A program made the translations under genes and the position numbers. Below, piece by piece: positions 33,281-45,796 of a DNA stretch of 64,000 nucleotides (positions are counted from its first letter, which is position 1; every line of letters starts with the position of its first letter). The notes under the pieces were generated by a model. It saw nothing but the letters and a program-made list of their open reading frames with translations. It was not told where the DNA came from and did no database searches. The stretch lies in NCBI RefSeq assembly GCF_053078305.1, contig NZ_CP166879.1; one strand, given 5' to 3'.

Positions 33281-34642
33281 TCACTTACCGTGTGGGTTAC
33301 GCGTGGTTTCCCCGGAGAAATTACGCATCAGCAGAGCGTAATTGAGCTCAAGATCCTGCGGGACCGGGAGCCACACAGTATAACCATCGCCTGGTGCGAC
33401 CGGCATCGCTTCGCCTTTGGCGTTTTCCATATGCTCAAGGGTAAAGTTAATGTTGCCTTGCGGCGTCATCAGCTCAAGGCTGTCGCCAACGGAGAATTTA
33501 TTTTTCACCGCTACCGCCGCGAGGTCCCCCTTGCGCTCACCGGTAAACTCACCAACAAACTGCTGGCGGTCAGAAACCGAATAACCGTATTCGTAGTTCT
33601 GATAATCGTCGTGAGTATGACGACGCAGGAAACCTTCGGTATAGCCACGATGCGCCAGACCTTCCAGAGTTTCCAGCAGGCTGGTATCGAACGGTTTGCC
33701 CGCAGCGGCATCATCGATAGCTTTACGATAAACCTGTGCGGTGCGTGCGCAATAGTAGAAAGATTTAGTACGGCCTTCGATCTTCAGCGAATGCACGCCC
33801 ATTTTGGTCAGGCGCTCAACGTGGGCGATGGCACGCAGATCTTTCGAGTTCATAATGTAAGTGCCGTGTTCGTCTTCAAACGCGGTCATATACTCGCCCG
33901 GACGCTGGGCCTCTTCGATCATAAACACTTTGTCGGTTGGCGCGCCAATACCAAGCGTAGGCTCAACGTTTTGCACCGGAATCGGCTCGTACTTGTGTAC
34001 GATGTTGCCAACGTCATCTTCTTTACCTTCCTGTACGTTGTACTCCCAGCGGCAGGCGTTGGTGCAGGTTCCCTGGTTCGGGTCGCGTTTGTTAATGTAG
34101 CCCGAGAGCAGGCAGCGGCCGGAGTAGGCCATGCACAGTGCGCCGTGAACGAAGATCTCGATCTCCATATCCGGCACCTGATTGCGGATCTCTTCAATCT
34201 CTTCCAGCGACAGCTCGCGAGAGAGGATCACGCGGGTCAGGCCCATTTGCTGCCAGAATTTCACCGTCGCCCAGTTCACGGCGTTAGCCTGTACCGAGAG
34301 ATGGATCGGCATTTCAGGGAAGTGCTCACGCACCAGCATAATCAGCCCTGGATCGGACATAATCAGCGCATCCGGCCCCATTTCCACCACCGGTTTCAGG
34401 TCACGGATAAAGGTTTTCAGCTTGGCGTTGTGCGGTGCAATGTTGACCACGACATAAAACTTTTTCCCCAGCGCGTGGGCTTCATTGATGCCGAGCTGAA
34501 GGTTTTCGTGGTTGAATTCGTTGTTGCGCACACGCAGGGAGTAACGCGGCTGGCCCGCATAAACAGCATCTGCGCCATAAGCGAAAGCGTAACGCATATT
34601 TTTCAGCGTTCCCGCCGGGGAAAGGAGTTCCGGTTTAAACAT
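33281..34642 (-). CDS. yegQ: Peptidase U32-family protein
   Basis: 453 aa. Confidence 0.9.
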   Translation of the reverse strand: MFKPELLSPAGTLKNMRYAFAYGADAVYAGQPRYSLRVRNNEFNHENLQLGINEAHALGKKFYVVVNIAPHNAKLKTFIRDLKPVVEMGPDALIMSDPGLIMLVREHFPEMPIHLSVQANAVNWATVKFWQQMGLTRVILSRELSLEEIEEIRNQVPDMEIEIFVHGALCMAYSGRCLLSGYINKRDPNQGTCTNACRWEYNVQEGKEDDVGNIVHKYEPIPVQNVEPTLGIGAPTDKVFMIEEAQRPGEYMTAFEDEHGTYIMNSKDLRAIAHVERLTKMGVHSLKIEGRTKSFYYCARTAQVYRKAIDDAAAGKPFDTSLLETLEGLAHRGYTEGFLRRHTHDDYQNYEYGYSVSDRQQFVGEFTGERKGDLAAVAVKNKFSVGDSLELMTPQGNINFTLEHMENAKGEAMPVAPGDGYTVWLPVPQDLELNYALLMRNFSGETTRNPHGK

Positions 34643-34744
34643 AATTCTCTCGTTCTGATGACAGGTCAGATCCGCTTCACCTGATGAAGCGGTTAGGGGA
34701 GTGCCCCCACTTTAAGGGCGGGCATTGTAGCGCAATCGGCGGGT

Positions 34745-35041
34745 TTAGCTCCAGTGTAAATGTCTGGTGGCGTCCTGGTTTTGGTTAAGGATACGAATGA
34801 CGATAATTTCCCCTGGTGATTGCAGGAAATAAATTACGTGGCGTTCAAAAGGAAGAACAAAAATACCTTCGCCTAATTCAGGTCTGGGCGTACCTATATT
34901 ATTGTTACTCAGAATCTGGAGAACGTCTGAAAGATGTTCCACATATCTGTCGGCTTGTGGTTCGCCGAAATGGTGATAACTGTAATACCAGATGCCTTCT
35001 AAATCCTCATTGGCTTTTGGCATGAGTTTAATAATACGCAC
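34745..35041 (-). CDS. ParE/RelE-superfamily type II toxin
   Basis: 98 aa; N-terminus MRIIKLMPKANEDLEGIWYY resembles ParE toxins. Its start lies 2 bp after the stop of the upstream antitoxin ORF. Confidence 0.65.
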   Translation of the reverse strand: MRIIKLMPKANEDLEGIWYYSYHHFGEPQADRYVEHLSDVLQILSNNNIGTPRPELGEGIFVLPFERHVIYFLQSPGEIIVIRILNQNQDATRHLHWS

Positions 35042-35042
35042 A

Positions 35043-35294
35043 TTATTTCCTTATCCCTGCTTTCACCTTCCGTAAAAACGCGTCCTTTTCCCACGGCTGA
35101 GCTTCACCACTACTCAACCCTTCTGCAAGCATGTCACGTAATGCTTGCAGGCGAGACTCTGCTTGCTTTTCTCGAAGTAAGCGCAGTGACTCACGGATCA
35201 CTTCGCTTTGGGTGCGATAGTCGCCGGATTCAATTAAGGACTCGATAAATTCACGCAACTCATCGCCGAGATCAACCGTCATCGTTCTGGCCAT
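35043..35294 (-). CDS. ParD-like (ribbon-helix-helix) antitoxin
   Basis: 83 aa, acidic and helical (MARTMTVDLGDELREFIESLIESGDYRTQSEVIRESLRLLREKQ); sits immediately upstream of the toxin on the same strand. Confidence 0.65.
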   Translation of the reverse strand: MARTMTVDLGDELREFIESLIESGDYRTQSEVIRESLRLLREKQAESRLQALRDMLAEGLSSGEAQPWEKDAFLRKVKAGIRK

Positions 35295-35537
35295 GTTTAT
35301 GCTCTCCTGTAAGTAAAAATCTTACATCAGTGTATGTCATAAACCGGATAGCGTCACGAAAAGTATTAGAAGATATTTTGGCAGATGAACATGTTCAGGA
35401 GGATAAGCATGGAGATGTTAAACAAAGAAAGCACAATGAGTATTCATCAGTGTCCACTATTTTAATGGCGCAGGTAAATAAATAAGCGTTATTTGGAAAT
35501 AAAGCCGGACGCCAACAACCCACGCCCGGCATCGTAA

Positions 35538-35870
35538 TTACGTATTGTCTTTCACCGTCTGGCTTGTGCCATTGGCTTTAACGGAGGCAATTCCGGTTTC
35601 ACGAGATTGCGCGGTGGCATACATCTGGCTGGAGCCGATAATTTGATGATTGGCGGCTTTCAGATTGAAATAGAATTTGCCGTTGCTTGCCGTTTTTTTC
35701 TCATAGCGTTCTTCTTGCGGGCTGTTGCTACGCACCGACGCGATGCCCTTTTCCGCAGAGGCTTTTGAAGTATACAGCTCGCTGGTGAGGATAGTCTCAC
35801 CATTGCCCGCTTTTAGCACAAACCGGAACTGATTATCACTGCTCTTACTGAGTTCAAACCAACCAGCCAT
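35538..35870 (-). CDS. yegP: UPF0339-family protein
   Basis: Start taken at MAGWFELSKSSDNQFRFVLKAGNGE; shows the tandem internal repeat typical of this family. Confidence 0.8.
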   Translation of the reverse strand: MAGWFELSKSSDNQFRFVLKAGNGETILTSELYTSKASAEKGIASVRSNSPQEERYEKKTASNGKFYFNLKAANHQIIGSSQMYATAQSRETGIASVKANGTSQTVKDNT

Positions 35871-36060
35871 AATGACTCCTTGATTGAAATTGTGTATCGA
35901 AAACAGCATCTAAAGGTGCTGTTTACCGATTAAAGTATGAGCGATTTTCTGATGCCTGCCAGGGCGGAGAGATAATGTCAGTTTGCTGACCATGCGTGGG
36001 ATAATGTTGCCGGATCGGGTCTGAACGCCATCTCCGGCTAACAAAGTCATGTCGCTAAAA

Positions 36061-36783
36061 CTAAACGATGCGGCAGGCGTCGGCTTCCCAGCGGTAACCA
36101 ACGCCGTAAACGGCGCGGATAAATGACTGTTCGGCGTCGAGAGATTCCAGCTTGCGGCGCAGGTTTTTAATGTGGCTGTCGATGGTGCGGTCGGTTACTA
36201 CGCGGTAGTCGTCATAAAGATGATTGAGCAATTGCTCGCGGGAGAACACTTTTCCTGGTTCATGAGAGAGCGTTTTCAGCAGACGAAATTCCGCAGGCGT
36301 CAGGTCAAGCATTTTACCGCGCCATGAAGCCTGAAAACGGCCTTCGTCGATAATCAACGGGCTTTCAGCATCCTGTTGTTGCAACTCACGCTGCGGTTTG
36401 CAACGGCGCAAAATGGTTTTGACACGCGCTACCACTTCCCGTGGGCTGTACGGCTTGCAGATGTAGTCATCTGCGCCAATCTCCAGCCCCAGCAGGCGGT
36501 CGATCTCTTCGATTTTTGCTGTCACCATCACGATAGGAATGTCAGAAAAACGACGAATTTCCCGGCACAGCGTCAGGCCATCGGTGCCAGGGAGCATCAG
36601 ATCCAACAGGATCAGATCCGGTGGTGTCTGGCGCACATACGGCAGTACCTGATCGCCGTGACTGATAAGCGTCGGCGCATAGCTCGCAGCACGCAGATAA
36701 TCAATGAGCAACTGCCCCAGCTTCGGTTCATCTTCCACGATCAAAATACGCGGTGTGTTTTCGTCGATTGGTAACTCGGTCAT
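36061..36783 (-). CDS. baeR: Envelope-stress response regulator (OmpR family)
   Basis: 240 aa with receiver-domain motifs (LIVEDEP ... [11 protein letters not shown]) and a winged-helix C-terminus. Confidence 0.95.
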
Positions 36784-38183
36784 ACTTCTCTCTGTAAATC
36801 CCGTTCCAGCGGTAACTCTACTGTAATGCTTACCCCGCCAAAAGGCGAATGGGCGGCAATAATGCGGCCATTATGTGCTTCAACAATGTTCAGGCAAATC
36901 GCCAGCCCCAGCCCGGAACCGCCGCTGGCACGGTTGCGGGAACCTTCGGTGCGATAAAAACGTTCAAACAATTTTTGTAGCTGATCGTCACTGACACCTG
37001 GCGCACTGTCGGCAAAGGTCAGGCGCACCGTTTTGTCGTGCTGCTCGGCAGAGATTTTCAGGCTGCCGCCGCTGTCAGTGTAGCGCAGGCTGTTTTCCAG
37101 TAAGTTATTGAACAACTGCATTAAACGGTCGCGATCGCCAAATACGGTAATACTGTCTGGCAGGGAAAATTGCAGTTTCAGGCCACGGCTGGCGAATCGT
37201 TCGCGAAATGCGCCGCCCGCCACTTCCAGCAGTGGGATCAAATCTACCGGTGCTTTTTGATAGGCGAGAGCGCCTTCATCAGACATCGACAACTGATGAA
37301 GATCGTCAACCAGTTTGGTCAGTGTACCGACCTCCGCCTGTAAAGACGCCACCGTCTCCGGCGTGAATTTACGCACGCCATCCTGAATGGCTTCCAGTTC
37401 ACCGCGCAGCACCGCTAATGGCGTACGCAGTTCGTGAGAAATATCGGCCATAAAATCGCGCCGCATTTGCTGGTTTTTCTCCAGCGTGCTGGCGAGCTGG
37501 TTGAAGTCTTGCGCCAGTTTGCCCAGTTCATCTTCACTGGTGGGCGTTACGCGGGTAGTGAAATCGCCCGCCGCCAGTTTGTGCGTGCCGTCTACCAGCC
37601 GTTTGACCGGGGCCAAAAGACCACGCGCCAGCAGAAAGGTGGCGAGCGCCGCGAGTAACGTTGCCAGGGCGACAATCAGCCAGCTGGTTTGCCGTTGTTG
37701 TTTATCGAAATTGATATCAGTATTGCGGGTCAGCCGCTCAACGGGGGAGGCAATCACCGCGCCCACTTCCGCACCGTTGACCAGAATGGGTCGCCGTGTA
37801 CCGTCAGGTGGAATCGGCGCTCGCGGACCAACCAGCACCTTGTTGTTTTGATCAACCACCCAGAACTGAGTACGCCAGCCGTGTGGTGGCATACCCGGGC
37901 CGGGTTTATCTTCCGAATTATCGTGTTCAAATGAACGCAGGATCTGAAAGACAAAGCGATCATTGTTGCGCAGGAAGCGCCAGTTGCCATGCTGCGCATA
38001 CTGCTCGCCAAGCGCATCACTTAACAGTTGTAATCGCTGTTCATTACCATGCTTGATGTAATCAATAAAGCCACGCTCAAAACTGATACGCACCGCCCAG
38101 TGCATACTGATCAGCAAGACAATGCAGGTGGCGAAAATCGCCAGAAACAGTTTGCCGGTAATACCGGGTCGCCAGAACTTCAT
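36780..38183 (-). CDS. baeS: Envelope-stress sensor histidine kinase
   Basis: 467 aa with an H-box (ISHELRTPL) and an ATPase domain; 4-bp overlap with baeR. Confidence 0.95.
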
Positions 38184-39595
38184 TGCGCGCTCCTTTTTCG
38201 CCGCGAAATAGCTACATTTTGATGCGTATCGTTCGGCACTCTGGCAAAGATGAACGCCGGAAGGGCGATGATAAACGCCATGCTAAGCCAGGTGTACATA
38301 AAGACGGTTTGTGTGGTGCCGCTGTCGACGCTGACATGCTGCGAACCAAAAAGTCCCAGCAACAGCCCGGCGATGGTGACGCCGATACTCATCGACAATT
38401 GCATAATCATCGACAGCAGACTGTTGCCGCTGCTCGCCAGGTTGTCCGGGAGATCTTTCAGCGTCAGGGTGTTCATGGAGGAGAAACGGGTCGAGTTGAC
38501 CATCCCTTGTAAAAACAGGACGAACGGCAAAACGTAGTACCAGCCCAGCAGCGCGGTGGTCATAAACAACAGGCTGACCAGCGACAGGCCCAGCGTGGTC
38601 GCCACCAGTACCCGACGATAACCAAAGCGATTCACTACCTGCACCACAATCCGCTTCATTCCCATGCTGCCGAGCACCATCGGGATCATCATCAGTCCGG
38701 CATGAAACGGCGAGAAACCGAGGCCAATTTGCAGGAACACCGGCGTCATAAAGGGCAACATGCCGCTGCCGATACGTCCGGCAAAACTCCCCGCCAGACC
38801 CAGCGAAAAGGTACGAGTACGGAACAGTTTCAAACTGAACAGGGCGCGGTTGTTGTTTCTGGCGTGCAGCAGATAAAGCGCAATGGCTACCACGCCCACC
38901 GCGACCAGTCCTGCGATTGCCAGCGTCGGTAAGCCCGTACCTTTACTGCCATCCAGCGCCAGGGTTAATACCGCCATGCCAACCGCCAGCAATAAAAAAC
39001 CTGAGAGATCGAAGCGCCGCGTCTGCATGGTGTAGTTCGGCATTAACATCAATGTGGCGATCGCACCAATAATTCCCACCGGAATGTTGATCAAAAAGAT
39101 CCAGTGCCACGACGCGTACTCCACCAGCAGGCCGCCGAGCGCCGGACCGAGCAGCGGACCGACCTGACCGGGTAACGTGACAAAGGTCATCGCCGCCATA
39201 TATTGCTCGCGCGGTACGATTTTCATCACCGTAAGCCTTCCGACCGGCACCATCATCGCACCGCCAACGCCCTGTAACGCGCGTGCCAGCAACAGTTCGT
39301 TCAGCGTGCCGGAAAGCGCGCAAAACAATGAACCGAGAGTAAACAGCACGATGGCGGTAAAGAAAATATTGCGCACGCCGACCTTGTCCGCCAGCCAGCC
39401 GCTGGCGGGCAGCATCACCGCCACGGTCAGCACATAAGAGACAATGACCATGTGCATATGCAACGGACTTTCCCCGAGGCTTTGCGCCATTGAGGGAAGG
39501 GCGGTGTTTACGATGGTGGTGTCCAGCGACTGCATAAAGAAGCCGAAAGCCACAATCCACAATTGCCAGCGGGTGCTGTCAGGAAGATCTGTCAT
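38180..39595 (-). CDS. mdtD: MFS efflux transporter
   Basis: 471 aa; last transporter gene of the mdtABCD–baeSR operon. Confidence 0.93.
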   Translation of the reverse strand: MTDLPDSTRWQLWIVAFGFFMQSLDTTIVNTALPSMAQSLGESPLHMHMVIVSYVLTVAVMLPASGWLADKVGVRNIFFTAIVLFTLGSLFCALSGTLNELLLARALQGVGGAMMVPVGRLTVMKIVPREQYMAAMTFVTLPGQVGPLLGPALGGLLVEYASWHWIFLINIPVGIIGAIATLMLMPNYTMQTRRFDLSGFLLLAVGMAVLTLALDGSKGTGLPTLAIAGLVAVGVVAIALYLLHARNNNRALFSLKLFRTRTFSLGLAGSFAGRIGSGMLPFMTPVFLQIGLGFSPFHAGLMMIPMVLGSMGMKRIVVQVVNRFGYRRVLVATTLGLSLVSLLFMTTALLGWYYVLPFVLFLQGMVNSTRFSSMNTLTLKDLPDNLASSGNSLLSMIMQLSMSIGVTIAGLLLGLFGSQHVSVDSGTTQTVFMYTWLSMAFIIALPAFIFARVPNDTHQNVAISRRKRSAQ

Positions 39596-42500
39596 TTACT
39601 CGGTTACCGTTTGTTTAGGTTTACGCGAAAAACGCAGCCGCAGACGGTCGAAAAAGAGATACACCACCGGCGTGGTATACAGCGTCAGGAGCTGGCTCAT
39701 TACCAGACCGCCGACAATGGTGATCCCCAGGGGTTGCCGCAGCTCAGAGCCGTCACCGCCCGACAATACCAGCGGCAGCGCACCAAACAGCGCCGCCAGG
39801 GTGGTCATCATAATCGGGCGAAAACGCAGCAGACAGGCCTGGAAAATAGCTTCCTGCGGCGTCAGGTTACCGTGCCGTTGGGCTTCGAGCGCAAAATCGA
39901 CCATCATAATGGCGTTTTTCTTCACGATGCCGATTAATAACATAATCCCTATCAGGGCGATTAGGCTGAACGGGGCATTGAACAGCTCCAGCGCCAGCAG
40001 CGCTCCAACGCCCGCCGAGGGCAGGGTGGAGAGAATCGTCAGCGGATGTACGTAACTCTCGTAAAGGATACCCAGCACGATATACACCGTGGCGATGGCG
40101 GCGATAATCAGGATCACCTGTGAGTTCATCGTCTCCTGGAACACCTGCGCCGTGCCGGCAAAACTGCCGCGCACCGTCGAAGGCACACCAAGCTGGGTCA
40201 TTGCGCGATCGATCGCCGCACTGGCGTCCGAGAGCGATTTTCCGGTCGGCAGGTTAAACGAGATGGTCGAGGCTGCCGATAATCCCTGATGATTCACCGA
40301 TAGCGGAGCATTCGCCGGTTGCCATTTAGCGAAATACGACAGCGGGATCGCTTTGCCTTCGTTATTGATAACGAACATTTTTTCCAGTGCACTGATGTCC
40401 TGGGTATAGCGCGGATCCACTTCCATCACCACTTTATACTGGTTCATCGGCTGGTAAATGGTCGAGATTTGCCGCTGACCGAAGGCGTTATTTAACAGGC
40501 TGTTGGCGGCCTGCACGTCGATTCCCAGCCGTGCCATCGTGTCGCGATCGTAAACCAGATTCATCTCCGCGCCGTTATCCTGCTGATCGGAGTTCACGTC
40601 CGCCAGTTCCGGCAATGTCGCCAGTTTTTTGCGGATTTTCGGCTCCCATTCGCGCAGTGCCGCCAGGTCGTCGGATAACAACGTGTACTGGTAGCTGGCG
40701 TTCGACTGACGTCCGCCAACGCGAATATCCTGTACCGCCATCAGGAACAGATTCGCCCCCGGTTCTTTTGCCAGCTTCACGCGCAAACGGTCGATAATTT
40801 GCTGCGCCGTTTCGCTGCGTTCGTCGCGTGACTTCAGAGTGATAAACATCATCCCACTGTTAACTCGTGAACCGCCGGTAAAGCCGGTGACATTATCCAC
40901 TGCCGGATCGTCACGGATAATTTTCATGAAATCCTGCAATTTGCCGCGCATTGCCTGAAACGAAATACTCTGATCTGCCTGTATCCCGCCCATCAACACG
41001 CCGGTGTCCTGCTCCGGGAAGAAGGTTTTCGGGATCGAGATATACAGCCAGATATTCAGTGCAATGGTGCCAAGCAGCACCACGCCCACCAGACGGGTAT
41101 GATTGAGCACCCATTTCAGCGACTTACCATAGCCTTGTTGCAGGGCTACCAACATGCGACCAAAACCACGCAGTCGCTTTTGCTCACGCGGCTTGCTGGC
41201 TTTCAGCATCCAGCCACACATCATTGGCGTTAGCGTCAGGGAAACCAGCAGCGAAATCCCAATGGCGACAGAAAGCGTCACGGCAAATTCGCGTAACAGG
41301 CGACCCGGCAATCCGCCCATCAACAGCAGCGGCAGGAACACCGCCACCAGTGACAGACTCATCGACAGCACCGTAAAGCCGACTTCACGGGTGCCTTGCA
41401 GCGCGGCCTGTAGTGGTTTCATTCCCGCTTCCAGATGACGGGCAATGTTTTCCAGCACCACGATGGCGTCATCCACCACAAAGCCTGTGGCGATGGTGAG
41501 CGCCATTAACGACAGGTTATTGAGACTGAATCCGCACAGGTACATCGCCGCAAACGTACCAATCAGCGAAACCGGCACTGCAACGGCGGGAATAATAGTG
41601 GCGCGACCCGAGCGCAGGAATAAAAAGACCACCAGAATCACCAGCGCCACCGAGATAATCAGCGTTTGCTCGACTTCTTCCAGCGAGGCGCGAATGGTGG
41701 GGGAGCGATCCTGAGCAATTTGCAGATCAATCGCCGCCGGAATGGTTTCCTGCAACTCCGGTAATTTTGCCCGGATGCTGTCAACCGTCTGGATAATATT
41801 GGCTTCCGGCAGCTTGCGGATCATCAGCAAAATAGCCGGTTTGGCGTTGGTCATCCCGGCGTTGCGCACATCCTGCACCGAGTCGGTCACCGTCGCCACA
41901 TCGCCCAGACGAACCGCGCCGCCGTTGTTGTAATGAATAATCAACGGCTGATATTCAGCGGCGGTTTTTAGCTCATCATTGGTCTGGATCTGCCAGCGGT
42001 GAGTGCCATCTTCCAGCGCCCCCTGCGGTTTACGCACGTTGGCATTGCTGATGGCAGTGCGTACGTCGTCCAGCGACACGCCCTGATTAAACAGCGCCTG
42101 CGGGTTCAGCCCGACGCGCACGGCGGGCAGCGAGCTGCCGCCGACATCGACATCACCGACGCCGTCGATTTGCGAAATCGTCGGAGCCAGCTGCGTCGAG
42201 GCGAAATCGTACAATTCACCCTGCGAATAAGTATCGGAGGTTAGCGTCAGGATCATAATTGGCGCATCCGACGGGTTCGCTTTGCGATAAGTCGGGCGGC
42301 TGGGCATCCCACTGGGCAGCAGACTTTGTGCGGCGTTGATCGCCGCCTGCACATCACGCGCTGCGCCGTTGATATCCCGGTCAAAATCAAACTGCAAAAT
42401 AATGCGCGTGCTGCCGAGCGAACTGCTGGAGGTCATTTCACTGACCCCGGCAATGCGCCCAAGTGAGCGCTCCAGCGGCGTGGCAACGGCAGACGCCATT

Positions 42501-42673
42501 GTCTCCGGCGACGCACCGGGCAGCGAGGCGCTGACCATAATCACCGGAAAATCGACCTGCGGCAGCGGGGCGACCGGCAGCATACGGAAACCCAGTATGC
42601 CGCACAGGGTAATGGCAACCGACAGTAAAATCGTCGCCACCGGGCGGTAAATGAAGAGGGCAAAAAACTTCAC
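39596..42673 (-). CDS. mdtC: RND multidrug efflux pump subunit
   Basis: 1025 aa. Confidence 0.95.
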   Translation of the reverse strand: MKFFALFIYRPVATILLSVAITLCGILGFRMLPVAPLPQVDFPVIMVSASLPGASPETMASAVATPLERSLGRIAGVSEMTSSSSLGSTRIILQFDFDRDINGAARDVQAAINAAQSLLPSGMPSRPTYRKANPSDAPIMILTLTSDTYSQGELYDFASTQLAPTISQIDGVGDVDVGGSSLPAVRVGLNPQALFNQGVSLDDVRTAISNANVRKPQGALEDGTHRWQIQTNDELKTAAEYQPLIIHYNNGGAVRLGDVATVTDSVQDVRNAGMTNAKPAILLMIRKLPEANIIQTVDSIRAKLPELQETIPAAIDLQIAQDRSPTIRASLEEVEQTLIISVALVILVVFLFLRSGRATIIPAVAVPVSLIGTFAAMYLCGFSLNNLSLMALTIATGFVVDDAIVVLENIARHLEAGMKPLQAALQGTREVGFTVLSMSLSLVAVFLPLLLMGGLPGRLLREFAVTLSVAIGISLLVSLTLTPMMCGWMLKASKPREQKRLRGFGRMLVALQQGYGKSLKWVLNHTRLVGVVLLGTIALNIWLYISIPKTFFPEQDTGVLMGGIQADQSISFQAMRGKLQDFMKIIRDDPAVDNVTGFTGGSRVNSGMMFITLKSRDERSETAQQIIDRLRVKLAKEPGANLFLMAVQDIRVGGRQSNASYQYTLLSDDLAALREWEPKIRKKLATLPELADVNSDQQDNGAEMNLVYDRDTMARLGIDVQAANSLLNNAFGQRQISTIYQPMNQYKVVMEVDPRYTQDISALEKMFVINNEGKAIPLSYFAKWQPANAPLSVNHQGLSAASTISFNLPTGKSLSDASAAIDRAMTQLGVPSTVRGSFAGTAQVFQETMNSQVILIIAAIATVYIVLGILYESYVHPLTILSTLPSAGVGALLALELFNAPFSLIALIGIMLLIGIVKKNAIMMVDFALEAQRHGNLTPQEAIFQACLLRFRPIMMTTLAALFGALPLVLSGGDGSELRQPLGITIVGGLVMSQLLTLYTTPVVYLFFDRLRLRFSRKPKQTVTE

Positions 42674-45600
42674 TTACGCCTCCTCTTCATGACGGGCAAA
42701 GCGGCTTTTGGTCCACAATGCCAGACGGTCAAACAGCAGATAAATCACCGGCGTGGTGAACAGCGTCAGCACCTGGCTGACAATCAGGCCGCCGACCATG
42801 CCGATACCTAACGGACGACGCAGTTCCGCGCCGACCCCGGTACTCAACATCAGCGGCAGCGCGCCAAGCAGAGCCGCCAGGGTGGTCATCAGGATCGGAC
42901 GAAAACGCAACAGACAAGCCTGGTAGATTGCATCGCGCGGCGACATGCCTTGCTCGCGCTCAGCAGCCAGCGCGAAGTCGATCATCATGATGGCGTTCTT
43001 CTTCACGATACCGATCAGCAAAATAATGCCGATAATTGCGATCACATCCAGTTCGCTACCGGCAATCAGTAACGCCAGCAGTGCGCCGACCCCTGCCGTG
43101 GGCAACGTCGAGAGAATGGTGATTGGATGAATAAAGCTCTCGTACAGAATGCCGAGCACGATATACATCGCCACCACCGCCGCGACAATCAGCCAGACAG
43201 TGCTGCCCAGCGCCGACTGGAAGGCGAGGGTGCTGCCCTGGAACTGCGTGGTGATATCCACCGGCAGATTCAGCGTCTTTTCGGTGTCCATAATCGCCTG
43301 CACCGCATCGCCCAGCGAATAGTTATCTGGCACGTTAAAGGAGATGGTCGTTACCGGGAACTGATCCAGATGGTTGATGGAGAGCGGTGCAAAACGCTGC
43401 TCAATTTTGGCAATCGAACTTAGCGGAACCACGCCACCGTCGCTGCTGGTCAGGCGAATAGTATCCAGCGCCGCAAGCCCTGGGGTATTTTCGGTGTTGT
43501 GCTCCAGCACCACGCGATACTGGTTAGCCTGAGTATAAATAGTGGAAATCAGCCGCTGACCAAATGCGTTGTACAGGGCGTTATCGACGTCCGCCATGCT
43601 GATCCCCAGACGGCTGGCGCTGTCGCGATCAACATTGACATACGCCACCAGCCCTTTGTCCTGCCAGTCGCTGGAGACATCAGAAAGCTGTGGCAGCTGC
43701 TGGAGTTTTTCCATCAACTGTGGCACCCAGGTACTGAGCGCATCCAGTGACGTGGCCTGCAAGGTAAACTGGTACTGGGTGCGGCTGACCTGAGTATCAA
43801 TAGTCAGATCCTGCGTTGGTTGCAGGAAGAGATCGATGCCCGGCACTTTATCCACCGCCGTTTGCAGACGGGCGATGACTTTTTGCACCCGATCATCACG
43901 TTCATCCAGCGGTTTGAGGTTGATCTGTAAACGCGCACTGTTCAGCGACGGGTTAGTGCCATCAACGCCCACAAATGAGGTCAGACTTTGCACTGCCGGA
44001 TCCTGCAAAATCACGTCCGCGACCTGGCGTTGCCGCTGGGCCATATTGGCAAAGGAGCTGGATTGCGGTGCCTGCAAAGTGCCCTGAATAATGCCGTTAT
44101 CCTGTACCGGGAAGAAACCTTTCGGAATGAACACCCACAATAGAACGCTAAGCAGCAGCGTGCTGAGCGCCACGCTTAAGGTCAGCCACGGATGATTCAG
44201 CACTTTCGTTAGTCCACGACCATAGGCGGCGATTATCCTGTCGAACATTCTTTCCGAGGCACGGGAGAAGCGGTTCTGTTTACGCAGCGACTCCTGGCTG
44301 AGCATCCGTGCGCACATCATCGGTGTCAGGGTTAGCGACACCACGGCTGAGATTAAAATCGCTACCGCCAGGGTAATAGCAAATTCGCGGAACAGTCGCC
44401 CGACGATATCGCCCATAAACAGCAGTGGGATCAACACCGCAATCAGCGAGAAGGTCAGCGAGATAATGGTAAAGCCGATTTCACCTGCGCCTTTGAGCGC
44501 CGCCGCCAACGGTTTTTCGCCTTTTTCGATATAGCGGGAAATATTTTCGATCACCACGATGGCGTCATCGACCACGAACCCGGTGGCGATAGTTAACGCC
44601 ATCAGCGTCAGGTTATTGATTGAAAAATCGAGAAACACCATGACCGCGAAGGTGCCGATTAACGACAGCGGCACTGCGACGCCGGGAATGATGGTCGCCG
44701 GAATATTGCGCAAAAACAGGTAGATAATCATTACTACCAGCGCGATAGCCATCATCAATTCAAACTGAGTATCGTCGACGGATGCGCGGATATTGGTGGT
44801 ACGGTCAGAAAGTACCGTCACCTTCACCGATTTCGGCAAACTCTCGGTGAGCTGTGGCAGCATCTGCCGGATGCTGTCGGCGGTGGAGATAATGTTAGCA
44901 CCGGGCTGGCGCTGAACATTCATCACAATGGCCTGTTCTTTGTTCGCCCATGCGCCGAGCCAGCTGTTTTCTGCACCTTGCTCTACAGTTGCGACATCGC
45001 CCAGACGAATCGGCGCGCCGTTCTGGTAGGCGATGATTAGCTGGCGATACTCTTCGGCGGATTGCATCTGGTCGTTAGCGGAAAGCGTGACCGCACGGGA
45101 AGGGCCGTCGAGGCTACCTTTTGCCGAGTTAACGTTAGCGCCGGTAATGGCGGTTCGCACGGTTTCGCTGGTCAGGCCGAGGGCGGCAATCGCCTGAGCG
45201 TTAAGTTTGACGCGAACAGCCGGACGCTGGCCGCCGGAAAGCGTCACCAGGCCGACGCCGGAAATCTGCGAGATTTTCTGCGCGACGCGGGTTTCCACCA
45301 TATCTTCCACTTGCGTCATCGGCATGGCTGTTGAGGTGACGGCGAGCGTCATGATCGGCGGATCTGCCGGGTTCACTTTGCTGTAAACCGGCGGGTTAGG
45401 CAGATCGCTCGGCAACAAGTTGGTCGCAGCGTTAATCGCGGCCTGCACTTCCTGCTCGGCGACATCGAGCGGTAATGTTAGCTGGAACTGTAAAGTGATA
45501 ACTGACGCACCGCCGGAACTTTGCGACGACATCTGTTTCAGGCCAGACATCTGCCCGAACTGGCGTTCGAGCGGCGCGGTAACGGCAGAGGTCATGACAT

Positions 45601-45796
45601 CCGGGCTCGCACCTGGGTAGAGCGTGACCACCTGAATGGTCGGATAGTCCACTTCCGGCAGCGCCGAAACGGGCAGGGCGCGATAACCGATAATCCCGGC
45701 GAGTAAGATCGCCACCATCAGCAGCGTGGTGGCCACAGGACGCATAATAAACAGGCGCGACGGGCCACCTGTGCTGCTCGGGGGTAACACCTGCAT
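42674..45796 (-). CDS. mdtB: RND multidrug efflux pump subunit
   Basis: 1040 aa. Confidence 0.95.
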   Translation of the reverse strand: MQVLPPSSTGGPSRLFIMRPVATTLLMVAILLAGIIGYRALPVSALPEVDYPTIQVVTLYPGASPDVMTSAVTAPLERQFGQMSGLKQMSSQSSGGASVITLQFQLTLPLDVAEQEVQAAINAATNLLPSDLPNPPVYSKVNPADPPIMTLAVTSTAMPMTQVEDMVETRVAQKISQISGVGLVTLSGGQRPAVRVKLNAQAIAALGLTSETVRTAITGANVNSAKGSLDGPSRAVTLSANDQMQSAEEYRQLIIAYQNGAPIRLGDVATVEQGAENSWLGAWANKEQAIVMNVQRQPGANIISTADSIRQMLPQLTESLPKSVKVTVLSDRTTNIRASVDDTQFELMMAIALVVMIIYLFLRNIPATIIPGVAVPLSLIGTFAVMVFLDFSINNLTLMALTIATGFVVDDAIVVIENISRYIEKGEKPLAAALKGAGEIGFTIISLTFSLIAVLIPLLFMGDIVGRLFREFAITLAVAILISAVVSLTLTPMMCARMLSQESLRKQNRFSRASERMFDRIIAAYGRGLTKVLNHPWLTLSVALSTLLLSVLLWVFIPKGFFPVQDNGIIQGTLQAPQSSSFANMAQRQRQVADVILQDPAVQSLTSFVGVDGTNPSLNSARLQINLKPLDERDDRVQKVIARLQTAVDKVPGIDLFLQPTQDLTIDTQVSRTQYQFTLQATSLDALSTWVPQLMEKLQQLPQLSDVSSDWQDKGLVAYVNVDRDSASRLGISMADVDNALYNAFGQRLISTIYTQANQYRVVLEHNTENTPGLAALDTIRLTSSDGGVVPLSSIAKIEQRFAPLSINHLDQFPVTTISFNVPDNYSLGDAVQAIMDTEKTLNLPVDITTQFQGSTLAFQSALGSTVWLIVAAVVAMYIVLGILYESFIHPITILSTLPTAGVGALLALLIAGSELDVIAIIGIILLIGIVKKNAIMMIDFALAAEREQGMSPRDAIYQACLLRFRPILMTTLAALLGALPLMLSTGVGAELRRPLGIGMVGGLIVSQVLTLFTTPVIYLLFDRLALWTKSRFARHEEEA

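Noticed and set aside
33290-34684. 464-aa ORF on the plus strand
   Set aside because: Antisense to yegQ; translation is low-complexity and Arg/His-rich, typical of a non-coding frame.
38943-40055. Several 200-aa ORFs overlapping mdtD and mdtC in other frames
   Set aside because: GC-rich shadow frames inside well-supported transporter genes; no independent RBS or start context.
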